64,000 nt of DNA from Lingula anatina. Lineage: Eukaryota > Animalia > Brachiopoda. The position numbers were made by a program, and so were the translations under genes. Within the stretch, counting starts at the first letter, position 1. Each line of letters opens with the position of its first letter. The notes below the pieces were generated by a model, which saw only the letters and a list, made by a program, of their open reading frames with translations, did no database searches and was not told the origin of the DNA. Of the stretch, positions 1 through 20,350 are shown in pieces. Where the stretch lies: the NCBI GenBank assembly GCA_051362555.1, contig CM120646.1, forward strand, positions 14,074,001 to 14,138,000, in the 5' to 3' direction.

Positions 1-40
1 AAATAAATGATGATACGTAAAATTGACCTCCCTATTTCAG

Positions 41-7701
<7,661 letters not shown>

Positions 7702-7734
7702 ATCTCCACGACATCTGTGCAATACTGGCCCAAG

Positions 7735-8299
7735 GTAAGGACTAACAGTTCCAGACTGTGTTAGGGACAAACGCTTCTGGATGGTCCCATATAAATTGCC
7801 TCATAAATACTACTTGGGCTCATGCCAAGATAAAGTAACTTGAGCAGAATCACTAGTAATATCATTTTAGTCAAATAAGTTTAGTGTTGAATCACTGGAT
7901 GAACTTGGCTTAAAAAGGTGAAGAGTTTTAAATCTTATGCCTAGCATTTATTTTTTCTGAAATTTTACAGTGCTGAACCCTGATGTTCAAGTGATTTAGT
8001 AACTAGCTTCATCCTTATGCTTTAAAACCAAGTATAAACAAATATAGTTTTGAAAAAAAAATCACTTTACCAAGTTTATCCTGGCAGTGAGATTCAAACA
8101 ACAAAATTTTTTACTTTTTGTCTGTCTATTTATTAATATTTGAATTTTGGAGTTTATTAGTTTTTTCTTCTACTGAGCTATCGAACATATTTTAAACATG
8201 TTTAGAGTGTAGTTCTACCTTACCATACTCTATTTCTTTACAGCTTACTATATTTTATTTCATTTGATCCTGAAACAAGTTTTCTTTTCTGTTTTTCAG
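7735..8299 (+). other. Probable intron in the CUL1 3' UTR
   Basis: Consensus donor AAG|gtaagg 33 nt after the stop codon; strong acceptor ttttcttttctgtttttcag ending at 8299. Confidence 0.6.
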
Positions 8300-9326
8300 A
8301 TGTCTCAGGAACAGAAAATTTAAGACATTCACAATCGAAGCTTAATATGAGGAATTCCTGAGCAACTGCCCTTTTTATATATTTATTTTAACATGATACT
8401 GATTTCAATCGTTCAACAGTGCATGCTATAATGGAAGCAAAATGGAAGAAGATGGGAATAAATGCAGGCACTGTATTTTGAATTATTTTTTATTTATATA
8501 TTTGATCATCGCCAGACACTGAAGGTTTCTTTTACTATGATGAAAAACATGTTCTCAAGACCATACTGTATCGGCTCAAAGAGGTGTCAACAACAGGTTC
8601 ATTTCCTCATAAGATGCTGCTTGTTGTTTTGTTAAATGGAGCTCTCCATTGGATTAACATATGAGGGAGATGATACTTCAACTGTAGGACACACTTGTTT
8701 TGCCAAGCTATAAAGACCACTGTGCCCAACAAAATGAAAGTCCGGTGAAATGCACATTTTTTTCTGCTGGAAATATGGGTTTGTGTGTGTGTGTGTATAT
8801 ATATGGGAACAGTTGATCTCACTCCGTTACAAACTATTGGATTTGAAACAGTGCAATGGTTTGGTCATTCAGAAAGACATTTCTCTTGGTACCGACTTTT
8901 TTTTTTTGCGTGGGACTTTTGTTTTAAAACAGTTTCATTGCTCTTTTATTTTATACTAAATATGGAGTGTCTGTTGCTTACTTAACACACATTGTTTAGG
9001 AGGTTATTTTCAGATTTATTTTTAACAAATTTCACGAGAAAGCTTGACCAGAACTTTGGGCAATCCTTATGTTAAACTTGAGGTGGGCCCAGTACAGTTG
9101 ACACTGAAAGGAAAAAGAGAAAGACACCTTTGGCATCTTATCTTCAATGTTTACACCGATTCACGAACAGTTGCGTCTTGTTGTATTTTATGTAATTAAT
9201 ATATAATATTATTATAATATTATCATTTTGTCATCTATCTCATGACACGTGCTGTGGTCGTTTTACGAACACGGGACTATTATTGCTACCGTGGAGGGGA
9301 ATTTGGAAGCCGGAATTTCAGTGTAT

Positions 9327-9332
9327 AATAAA
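9327..9332 (+). terminator. Candidate CUL1 polyadenylation signal
   Basis: AATAAA followed within ~30 nt by U/GU-rich sequence (actttgcactttgttttg); upstream region is AU-rich and UTR-like. Confidence 0.5.
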
Positions 9333-10174
9333 CATTACAGTGTATGAACTTTGCACTTTGTTTTGATACGGGTTTAAAGCATATTGAAGGGGCAAAATTA
9401 TCAGACAACAAAGCTTTCTAGTACCTTTTTTGAGGGGTTGGGGAGGAAAATGGATTCCATTGAAAGGTATTCGGACGTAGCACGCAGCAGTTTGATCTGC
9501 TCCGTAATTTATTGCGGGTGCTGTCCAGTCTGCCTACACGTGTGCGCTGGTCAGAGGAACTGGAATTCCTGGTCATTCCGAGTTGGTTCATTGAAAGCAT
9601 TCTGTTTACCCAGTGTCACGGATTGTGCTGAGGACGTATGACCTTGGCTTCAGTGCCGAGGTTTTGAGATTAATGCTCTGTGTATAAGGGTTTGAGATTA
9701 GCACTGTATGTATAAAGCATTAGTGAGTATTAGGAAGAGCGAGGTTACTCTTAGATTATTCCCTGAACGGCCTCCCGTAGTGTATACACTGCGATTACCC
9801 TATTTGTTTCTACTATAAAATAAACAACTAAGTAGCCTTCGTTTATAGGGCTTCAGCTGATAATGCGAAGCGCAACATTTTGATTTCAATTAAATTGACC
9901 TTATATCAACAAGAAGGAAGCCGGGGAGGGGCAGAAATCATTGTATCGGCATAAGAAGTCCAGTGTGCTTTGATTTGCTATCTTATTAACAGCAACCTTT
10001 GGTGATACGTTTGTTGTGTCGGCTGTCAATAAGTTTACCCCAAAAAGCTAAGGCCGAGTTTTGGACAAATGTTTAGTTTTTGTATTCATACGGCGGGCAT
10101 TGCTTATCACCAACTCGATTTATCCTAAGTATCACCAACTCAGTTCACCCTCAGTAATATTTTTTTTTCGTTTT

Positions 10175-10376
10175 TACCTGCCAAGCAGGTAGGCCTATAT
10201 CAGGCGTAGATTTCTTCTTTCTGACTTTTTGCAAATGAACATCTTCGGCCCGGGTTCTTTTACGGCCCGTTCCTTCTGCTTTTACGTTTTAACCGACGAC
10301 ACAGTTCAACGGTTCTTTAAGTTGCAGATTTTATTTTCTTCTAATTTTTTTCCAGCCGGGGCCAATCCCGGTCTAG
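10175..10376 (+). mobile_element. Possible short non-autonomous Helitron/Helentron-like element
   Basis: T-run followed by palindrome tacctgc-caa-gcaggta (10175-10191) at one end; hairpin ccggg-gccaat-cccgg followed by tCTAG (10373-10376) at the other. Confidence 0.3.
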
Positions 10377-10961
10377 GTTCTATTAGGTGTGGACGTCAAG
10401 CTTGTTAGCTGGCAAACCACATATGTCAGTGTAACTATTAGTGTGAGTCGAGACAAACAAAACGACATCAAAGCTTCAAGAGACGCCTGGGAGAAAAATC
10501 ATAAAACGGAACTGTTATTAGAAAATAATAAAAATAAAAATAAAAGCCAGCCTCTGATATAATTATTTTAATTTTTTGGGTTAAAAATACGTAAACGTGT
10601 TTGCCCCATGACTGTTAACCCCTTTCAAGATTTTCTTCATTGCATAATGTGTATTGGCGTGTTTGCCCTGCAAATGTTACTACTTCAAGAGTCCAATAGA
10701 GGCGTATCCAATTTTTCAATTTGAACAAAGCCCTCCCCTCCCCCCTCCCGAAGCAAATGATTTTTTCTTTTTTTCTTTTTCTGCGTCACTAATTTGAAAA
10801 GCTGTATTGACCTAAATGAGATTCGAATTTATTATATACGTTGTCAGCCAGTGCTTCATGTACGACTTTACGCAACTGGGGCGGAGAAATCGAGGGATTA
10901 CAACGTGTTGGCCCACCTCTTCGAATTTAAGGTCCAATTCCCCTCAAGCTTAATCGCCTCA

Positions 10962-11217
10962 GGGATCATTCTCATTGAAACTATCGGTCTACGTAGATCG
11001 ATCCAACTCCGCGGGGACTCTCGCTGAATGCAATCAGTTTAAGAGATTAACACGCCTTCAGCTGGCGCTGAGAAAAATACAGAAAAGCTGGTGATTACAC
11101 GAGCACTTTGAAAACAAAAGGAGGCGTGTTCATCTGTTAAGCTGGTTGCATTCAGCGAGAGTCCCCGCGGAGTTGAATCAACCTGCGTAAACCTATAGTT
11201 TTAATGGGAATGTTCCC
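10962..11217. mobile_element. MITE (Tourist/PIF-Harbinger-like), copy 1
   Basis: ~96-bp terminal inverted repeats with a perfect 30-bp core (11004-11033 versus 11146-11175); GGG...CCC ends with tca/tta flanks; homologous copy at ~52.3 kb. Confidence 0.85.
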
Positions 11218-11839
11218 TTAAAAATACACCTGGACAAATATCAAGTAACGAAAAACTAATTATAACGCAGACTTAAAAGCATTCCGTACCTATGTTATTG
11301 ACACCTGTACAAATCTTCCCGGTATGCAAAATGATTAAATATGACCCGAAAAACAAGATGAACCCACAACGGTCAAAATGTTATGTTAAACTTTGAAAAC
11401 AAAACAACATAGCTGAAATTTGCAAGCAGTTTTAATTATTTCTTAAGATGCCAGAAATTGCGGTAATACTTGACCTTTGATGTGTGCTTTTTCAAAGAAT
11501 TTAACACGTGTTTTTCGCTATATAACTATTCTTATACAGTAAATCGCTCAAAGAGCTTAGGAACCTGAAAAACAAGTGACGTGCTGTGACAGTCGTAGTT
11601 TGGCATGGAGTAAAGCGATAGAAAAACCTCTATGTAAAATATTATGTGTCCACAATCACTAAAGCATTTCCCCCACTTAAAATTAATTAACGTTTTCGAT
11701 TTTGTTTTTAGGTGAACATATTGTGAAATTAGACATTTTCGCCTGCAAGTACACATTTTGTTTGCAAGCGTGAGCGCCCGCACTTGCGTGTGAAAGAGAA
11801 AGAATACAAGTAATATGTGTAAGATTGAGCACTGTCTTT

Positions 11840-11845
11840 TTTATT
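11840..11845 (-). terminator. Candidate poly(A) signal of the SOSTDC1-like gene
   Basis: AATAAA on the minus strand followed by U-rich ttgtattctttctctttc; implies a 3' UTR of ~1.8 kb. Confidence 0.4.
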
Positions 11846-13651
11846 GCAGCTCATAGCATTGTGAATATGAACTTCTCTTTACATTAAAAAACAATATATA
11901 AAATGTTATAATAGTTCTGCATACAAAAAATCACTAGTTACGTAGAACACAGCTGGTTTCACATTGTGTTTAATGAACGACTGTGTAAAATATCTTATTC
12001 TATGATCATTTGATAGTAAAATGAATAGGCAAATATTATTAACTTGTCGATCATGAGTGGACAGTATCCGTTTCCTTTCTTATCTTGAACCAGAATGATT
12101 TGAACAGAGATCTACACAGGTGACCGTAAACATTCACTGTTCGCGCTTTCTTAACTTCGATTATATCTCAAAGGTACTGTTTTGAAAGCACTTTTTCTGC
12201 CAAAAGGTCACCCAGTGGTTGTCGCGAGATGTCAAAAAACTTCTTAAGAAAACAAACTCTGCAGAAAACGTAAAAGGGTGACGCCTCAGCGAAACACGGT
12301 CATTTGCTTATAAACTATACCAGGCAAACTTTGTTGTCATTTTCTGTCATGGCATACTCCCTCCATTCCATCTGAACAACTTTGGGAAAATATCAAGTGA
12401 TGCTTTTAAGTATTTACTTTAATTTATTAAAAATAAATAACGAAAAATTCAGTTTGTTTAATAAGTGGTTTCTTTTGTGATAAGCAATTTTTTTGTCAAG
12501 TTAGTTTATGAGGGTGTTAGTTTACTGTATATGGCCTTGAGCGTATTGCAAAAGTCTCCTAAGAAACACTACAAGTCAAGAGGTGTTTTGTCTTCGTCGT
12601 GAAATCCCCGACTTCCGCCTGTCTTAATTTGAAATAAGATAAAGCAGAAATCCGAAGAAGAGAGGTCAAGTGAAAATTTAAGACCAAAGCACACGATCAG
12701 TTGCGTACTGAGCCAGTGGACTCGAGAGGCTGACACAAAAACATGTAAATTTGGTGAATGCTTAAATTAACTGAAAATTTCACTTTACGATGGCGCGAGA
12801 CAGAAACTGAGCGTCATACACAAATCTCAAGGCAGCAAACATATGGAATACGGTGCTCAAAACCCAAAACGGTGCTCAGAATCCGACAGCACAGCTGATT
12901 TTACGCCGTGTGCGTCGGACTGAACGTCACCCAAAACGTAGTGCAGGCGTTTGCTCTCTGGTCCGTGTACGAAAACTATTGCTTTACACTATGGTATGAA
13001 ATATAAGGAAATGAAAACTTAACTCATGCAGTGGAACAATTTTACAGATAAATAATGACATGGCGTATGTACAATTGATTTTCATAATTTATGCAGTCTT
13101 CTATACAATATCTGATAAACTTTAAAGAAGACTCGATTCCTTCATATGGCAAAATATTTCAAAACACTATAAAAATCATGATGATAATATCGTTGTCGAA
13201 AAGTCATTAATATATGTTAATGTGGAGTCAGAAAAGACGCATTTTATGTGCTGTCGAATAAACAGTGTTTCTTTGAGTATTTCTCGTGCTAATTCTTGCA
13301 ATCTCAACAGCTGCCAGAATAAAGGAAAGTGTCGTCTGCTAAGAATGCTGAGAAGTCGAGTCCTCCGAGATTTCCAAAGTAACAAGTTTCAATCTGGCAA
13401 TGCAATGTTGCTGGAAATACTGTTTTCAAAGTCCTTCAGTCTGACCTTGCATCTTCAGTCTGACCTTGACACAACCTTCGACCGGCACGTGGCCTCACAT
13501 TTCACTACACTTTGCAATGGTTCGACAAAGGAAGTTAATCTCCCCTACTGATATAAATATGTTTACATTTTTATCTGTCCATTTTTGTAGAAAAATAAAA
13601 AACGATTTTTTTCTTGAAAGTGCATAATATGTCGAAATGAATTCTGCCAGT

Positions 13652-14040
13652 TTATTCCAAACTTACATCGTCGTCTGCTTCATAATCAACATCATCCGCG
13701 TCATCATTATGTCTTCTGCTTCGCAGTTTCGATCGATTATGTTCTCTTACATATCTTTTGCACTTGCAACTTTTGACAATTTTTATTTGATAAACTCTTA
13801 TTTCTCCATTCTCACACATGAGTCTAACTCTTCGTCGCCTTTTTTCATCCTCGACGCACCGATATTCCAGTGTCTTTATTCGAGACCATACTTTGACAAA
13901 TTCTGCATACCACGGAAGTTGTTGAACGGGGAGGCAATGTCCCGTGCAGATGACTTCCGTGACAGGACGAATGGACGTGCAAAAACCGTCGGAGATGTAT
14001 TTCTTCGACCGCAACTCTTTGCAACCGTACTGTAGATCCC
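13652..14040 (-). CDS. SOSTDC1: SOSTDC1-like exon 2 (cystine-knot domain)
   Basis: GCKELRSKKYISDGFCTSIRPVTEVICTGHCLP...YRCVEDEKRRRRVRLMCENGEIRVYQIKIVKSCKCKRYVREHNRS has 8 Cys and aligns with SOSTDC1 GCRELRSTKYISDGQCTS...CAGECLP...WRC...CKCKRYTRQHNES. Confidence 0.95.
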
Positions 14041-16382
14041 CTGAAAATGAAGCAATAGAAAAGCTTTGAGACATTTAGTTCGAATTTTGCTTACAGTGAT
14101 GGCAGCCCTACGCTCCATGAAAATAAAACCCTCCATTGTGTTTTCAGGTTATCTGACATATAAAATGAACCGCAGTTTAAATATTTGCCGATCTTATATT
14201 TGCTATAAAACAATCTAACGTTTCAATGTTGCTACTCTTTATTAGGCCTACTGAAAGTAATTTGTAAATGAAATAACCTATATTAATGTACTGTAATATG
14301 ATCGATATGAAATAAAAGTGGCCACAGCAACTTGCCAGTAAGGTCAAAAGGCCCTAAAGGGACATATATTTCTTTATACAAACACTGGAAAGTTCAAGAA
14401 TAATCGTTGCGATCTTCATATATTCAAACCAATTTGTATTAAACGTCTTGATAAGTAAGCAAAGCTTGACTAAGTTATGCCAATCCTTAAATTTCCAAAC
14501 GCACAGGAAGGCATGTTATAAATAATTTCCGCCCCTCCCCTCCCTTCCATGCTATCCCCCTGCAAACCCAAACACATGGGCCACGATCAGCCGGATGTTG
14601 TATGGAGGAACATTCCCTAGAAACCTTTCCTGTTTAGCACTAGGAGTGTCCAAATGCCCAGACTCCCCACAAGAAAATCTAAAAATGTCGGAGGAAGTCC
14701 TAATCATAGAAAACCACCACATACCAGATGAACGGAGGCACCGGTGCAAGTAAAACAGAAGAACGATGCGTGTGGTATTTGGGCGGCGATTCTGGCTTCT
14801 GAATCTACTTAATATAATTCTAAACGCGCTTCTGACGTTTGTATCTAATGGAAGACGCAAGGAAAACGCTGTCCAAGTGTGCAAGAATCCCTATCTATGG
14901 CTAGTTGAACGGTGGTGTGTGTAATCTAATTCACCCATATGCAACCCAAAAATCAGAAAAAATAGTAACCACTTTTCTTCAACCTTGGTTCTTGAATCGA
15001 TGTATTTGTTGAATTATCATCTATTTCTCACACACACACACACACACACACTAATAAGTGAAACTTCAAAGGAAACTTGAATGTGAATCGCTTAAAATTG
15101 TACTAAATTCTTGTTGAAAATGTAGAAGAAAATGCCCCAAAAAATAAAAAAAAAATAAATAAATAAAAACCCACGATAAACCTTTTCACAAAAATCGATA
15201 GACTAATATGCGTTCTATAGGTAGATAATGGAATTAACTGACGGCGTTCTTCTTGGGTTTAATTTTTTAGTGGAACAACTCTGAGGATGCACTCTGCCCA
15301 ATAACTTTTACTGGATCTCTGTCCTCCCCTACAACTTCACGGCCAACAGTTTTCATTAGTAATTTGATAATTTCCGTTATTTGTAGCGAGTAAGACCTTT
15401 AGTGTATTTCCTTCATTTTTTATCCTATTTTAGACGTTTTCTTTTACAAAGTGGTTAAAAATAACTGATATCCCTCCCCCTTTTTTCTCTGACGTACTAG
15501 GCCAACTCTACCCTACCTTTGGGCAAATCTTTGGCATGCTAATATCGGTTGACCATTACTGCGTCATCCTACGTCGTTTTGGGGTCAATGCCTTCGTCTG
15601 GTTTGCTAATTAAAGCAAATTGGGTAAAAGTGACCACGGAGGATTACAAACGGTCTTTCTTTTTCAGACACAACTACTCAACAACCTGGCTTATAAGTAC
15701 CAATGACGTCAAGGGCCAGATTAAAGAGGATATCGATAGTACGGAACAGATGTAGTTTTCTATTTTGCAGGAAGTTGGTGTATTTTCTGGTAGAATGTAA
15801 TTATACAAAGGGGATTATGTTCGGGGTATTAAAATATTTGCTTTTATGTTGCGCAATGAGAGAGGTAAATTTCTATATATTCTAGTAATTAATGTCTTAT
15901 AAAAATCCATTTGTGTTTAATCATCGTTTGACAGTATAGACGCCAATCATCAATCGATGCACTTAAATTATATTGATACATAAATGTATATAATCTCATG
16001 TTGTTAGTATCAAATAGAAGGCGTAAGAGAAGACAAAGTAAGGCAACAAATATAAAATGAATACAAAAAAAAAAAAAATAATAATAATAATAAACACGGA
16101 GCGCTTCTCAATCTCAAACAATTTGGCCATTCATTTTTTCCAAAACACAGTTTCGTGTCGATGCTGTAGGTCTGAAGGTCAAATTGAACTAATAATTATC
16201 ATTACACAATGACCCTTTGGGCCGGAATTGTTATTCTTGACACGAAGTTGCCAGAAACATATGTTTTTAAATGCGGTAGGTCATATCTGTTAATTGAGAA
16301 GAGAACTGTGCTGTCAGTTTATTATGCAGTGTGTTGAGACGCGTTTTAAAGTCTGCAGCGTGTGCGGCAATCTGTTTTTCTC

Positions 16383-16422
<40 letters not shown>

Positions 16423-19400
16423 TGTGTGTGAGAGAGAGAGAGAGAGAAAGGAATGAGAGGAGTATAGATACTTCCTGTCCTGACTTCTCTATTAATAGGC
16501 AGGGCATTTAATGATAACAAGAAAATCGATATTAAATAGAAACGCTCCGAGGAGCACTTAATGTCTTAACCTTTCAATCACGCCTCTCTTGCTTACGTTA
16601 AACCAGTCTATTCATGCGCGCTGCCCTCCCTTCGCATTCCGTATAGCGTTAACGTGTATAAACATTGGGTTATTTTTGTAAGGCAGTCGGACCAGTGAGT
16701 AGTGGTGGAATTTATGAATGAATGAAACCCTTCCTGCCTGCCACGATATGCACCTCACCCAAAATGTATTGTAGAGTAAATGAACTCGGGAGCAAATGAC
16801 AGCATTATGATGTTCAAATTACATACATTGGTCTCTAAACAAACAACGTCGTCAAGAAAGACTCATGTTTTCACTCAGTCCTCCAAAACATTCTCTGCAT
16901 TTTCCCAAATAAAAATATAAATGGAAAGGCACCGGATGTTCTCAACGTTTGTCATCACGCGACATCTACGATGGCCCTGCGTGTTTGAATTTCCGAATAC
17001 CAGACTATTTTTACTTCCCCAGTGGTTGATAATATTGCATCATTCTGTCCTTACGATGTGAACGTATGATGAATGAACGCGTCGCATATACTCATATAGT
17101 GTACTGTTGCAAAAACAGATGCAACCTTTTCCCCATACGCGGCCCTTTTTTAACATGCAGTAATTTTGGACGTGAAACTTGAAGCAGTTGTAATAATAAA
17201 TAAAATTAGCACGCCGCTTAAGATCTTCAATATTGCAAATATCCCAATCGAATTTTTGTAAATAACAACAAGGGAAAATACACACTCGTACTTAGAACGT
17301 AGTACGCGCTGGAGTGAAAACAGCAAAGGGGTAAAAAATACACTGCAACGATGCGAACTCCCCCTTGCTTCCAGATAATTAAAAATGCACGCATGTTCGA
17401 CAATTTGGAATGCGAGATATTACGCCACCTCAACAGGGAGGAACACACTTTGTGTAATAATTCATTTGTACCCTTTCAAGGTTTTGTAAAATTTAATTTC
17501 TCATAAGTATATACATATTTATTATAAATACCTCCCGCGTGACCCCCTATGCCAATGTTTGACATTGCAGCAGATGACTTTTGAGCGGTTCTACAGTCCA
17601 CCGTTGAATAAGCTATTATACAGAATGTTTAGTAATGACGTAACGATGCCTCGGACTATTTTCATAGTTGCGAAGACAAGAGTCATATTCCAGAAGAAAA
17701 TGTACGTTTTTCGCCCTCCGGGCAGACGACAATTTCGAACGTATTGGAGCTATTATCGCTACTTAACGTTTGACCAACGCAACATTCTTGGCGTGGATCG
17801 TGTTTCACTGAGCCACTATTTATATCTTAAACCTGCACGCTTCTATTTAGTGTTCTTCGTAGATCCTTCCGTATTTTTACTTGCTATAATGTAAGCAAAG
17901 ATATACTAAATTCATACTGTAAAGTCAACTTTTGTCCATCTCTATCTTTATATAATAATATTACCGAAATTGCTTTTGAAGCATATAATAGAAACATGCA
18001 AGACACCTGCAAGTGGCTTATTCATTATAAATGAAAAATAATGGGTATTTGAAAACTCCAAGTTTATAAAAATCGATGCACTTGTCGACTTGTTATGACG
18101 TTTTTATCGCTTTCAAAATAAAAGGATGTGTTAAGCTAAATGTTAAAAGTTAGTTTAAAGTTAAAGCTTAGTTAGAAATAATGTCAAAATTGTTTTTGTT
18201 GAGCTGAAATGAAGTCCCGTTTTTACAATAATAATAACTTCCCCCAAAAGAAAGTGCTACCAAAAAAGATAAAAGATAATTCATTAAGGCAAATGCAAAG
18301 GGTTTGACAGTTCCATGGATTATCTACAATTTTTTTCTGCCAATTCGGTTCTTTCAAAATAAAATGTCAAAAATGTTTACGCAGAGATAAATTATGTAGA
18401 CATCAGATATCAAATCAAAGTTCAAGGTTGCCCCAACTCGTCTTACGTCAATTTCAAAACGGTCTGGAAATATGTGAACGCCACAAAGCCCCAAACAATT
18501 TTTTTCTTGACATTTGTCTTTTAAACCATCCCCTCCGTAACAGTGTACAGCATCTCCCTTTTACGCCGACCAGACGCTACAAATTCCTCAAATCGCCCCC
18601 GCCTTCCCTCTCAACGTATCAATTGTCGGATTTGAACAATCAGCGCCACACCTGACCATCTCTCTTCGAGCGCCGGCGGATGACACCAAGTGAGTGACAT
18701 TTAAGCAATGACAGCGCACGTTCTCTCTTGGTACGGCACCTTCACCTCGAGCCTGCTCCGGCGTGGCACAAGTCCTGCCAAGCTTTTCCGCGTACAATTA
18801 ACCACCCCCTTAGCCTTCGATTTAATCTCCGTCTCTAAAAATCGTTGAATTTCAATACGGCAAATTGAGGAGACGACGTCAAAAGACGTCGCCTGAACTC
18901 ACCTAGACTTCGTGTGCCATTTGGATTGCTTGTTTGGATTGCTTTTTGGCAACTTCATCGGATTTCAGCGCGCGAGTCCTGCGACTGGTACCGGGCTTAA
19001 TCGTTGTTATCCTCATTCGCTAACCACTTAACAATGTTCGACATTTTTTTTCGTACACAGTCAGTATCTATTTTTCAGTTGGGTTTAATATCAGTATAAG
19101 TAACTTCAGTGGTCGAGGACTCGCAAGCGTCGTAGACAAGCAACCTGTTTCCTACTTTTCTCGCACATAAAGAACTAGAGTAATGGCAACATTTTCATGC
19201 TAACTGATAACAAAACGTCAAAAACGATTGTATTTTGCGTTAAGATGTTATTGTAGCCCATGCTCCATACACAAATGACTGCTGTTTGGAAGAAACTTTC
19301 TCATATCTCTCGATCTAAACACCCACTGACCCTGACATAGTTATGGTTTGAGTTATACTGTTCTCTTATTTGAACTTCGCAAATTGTTGATAACAACTTC

Positions 19401-20314
19401 CTAGACAAGAATCAGACTGCAAGTCGAAAACAATAAATAGTCCAACTTTTCAACTTCAGACACACACAGACACACACACACACACAAAAACACACACGCA
19501 CACACACACACACACACGCACACACAGAGAGAGAGAGAGAGAGAGAGGCGGAGGAGGAGAGGAAGAAAAAGGTGGCGACCGCATCTGCCTGTTCTTACAC
19601 ATAGCTTCTGCCACAATACACAACAAAACGGATCAACACCTATTAAACCGTGCACCAATAACACGGTCTACAAAACACGTAGTAGGGGTTTGGAACATTA
19701 AGTACCGTTTAGACAGGCTCTCTAGTAGCATTAACGTCAAGGTAATGGCTTCATCGGGGAGTTTTATGGGCGCGACCATCTGCTTGTCTTTAGCTCAATG
19801 ACATTAAGCTGAGTTTCCAATAAAAATAACTTGCCCTAGTTGACACGGAGGTACACGACATGGAAAGAGACAGTTTGTGCCACTGGCGTGGTGTGTATGT
19901 GTGTGATTGTGTGTATGCGTGTGTGTGTTTGTGTGAGTATTAGTGTGTGTGTTCTCATTTTACCGTGCGTGTCTACGAATATGTGTGTGCTTGTCTGCAT
20001 GCGCTAGTTTGATTCCTCTTAGTGAGAGTGCTGCAGAATTCATTTTCTATATCGTTGATCTTTGCGTAACCTCTCACGTGCTGCTGTTTCCCGTGAGTCG
20101 GGTTTTGCCGAAATTTCCCATCTCTGATGTGGCAGAGAGGGGTTGAAGGCTAGGTCGCTGGTGTGTCAAAATAATGCTTGGGACGAAGGGAAGTATAGAG
20201 AATTTCTTGAAGACTGTAATCAATCTCTCTCTCTCTCTCTATTGCATAGTGTGCACTGAAAAGCCACAACACGCACGCACGCAGTAACAGTCAAACGCAT
20301 GGACACACGAATTT

Positions 20315-20350
<36 letters not shown>

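Noticed and set aside
9658-10148. Short two-copy tandem duplications (~9660-9718, 10106-10155; also 12851-12888 and 13434-13468)
   Set aside because: Ordinary local slippage duplications with no sign of function.
10794-11027. Similar peptides (IG.RRSIQLRGDS) in ORFs 10794-11027 and 52063-52353 suggesting a gene family
   Set aside because: The similarity comes entirely from the shared MITE arm.
13637-14035. 132-aa + strand ORF and 86-aa - strand ORF overlapping SOSTDC1-like exon 2
   Set aside because: Antisense or alternative-frame shadows of the real exon.
14041-14074. N-terminal MSQSFSIASFS of the 140-aa ORF as the true start
   Set aside because: It is the intron's acceptor region (ttttcag) and has no signal peptide. 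Exon 1 at 24031 supplies one in phase.
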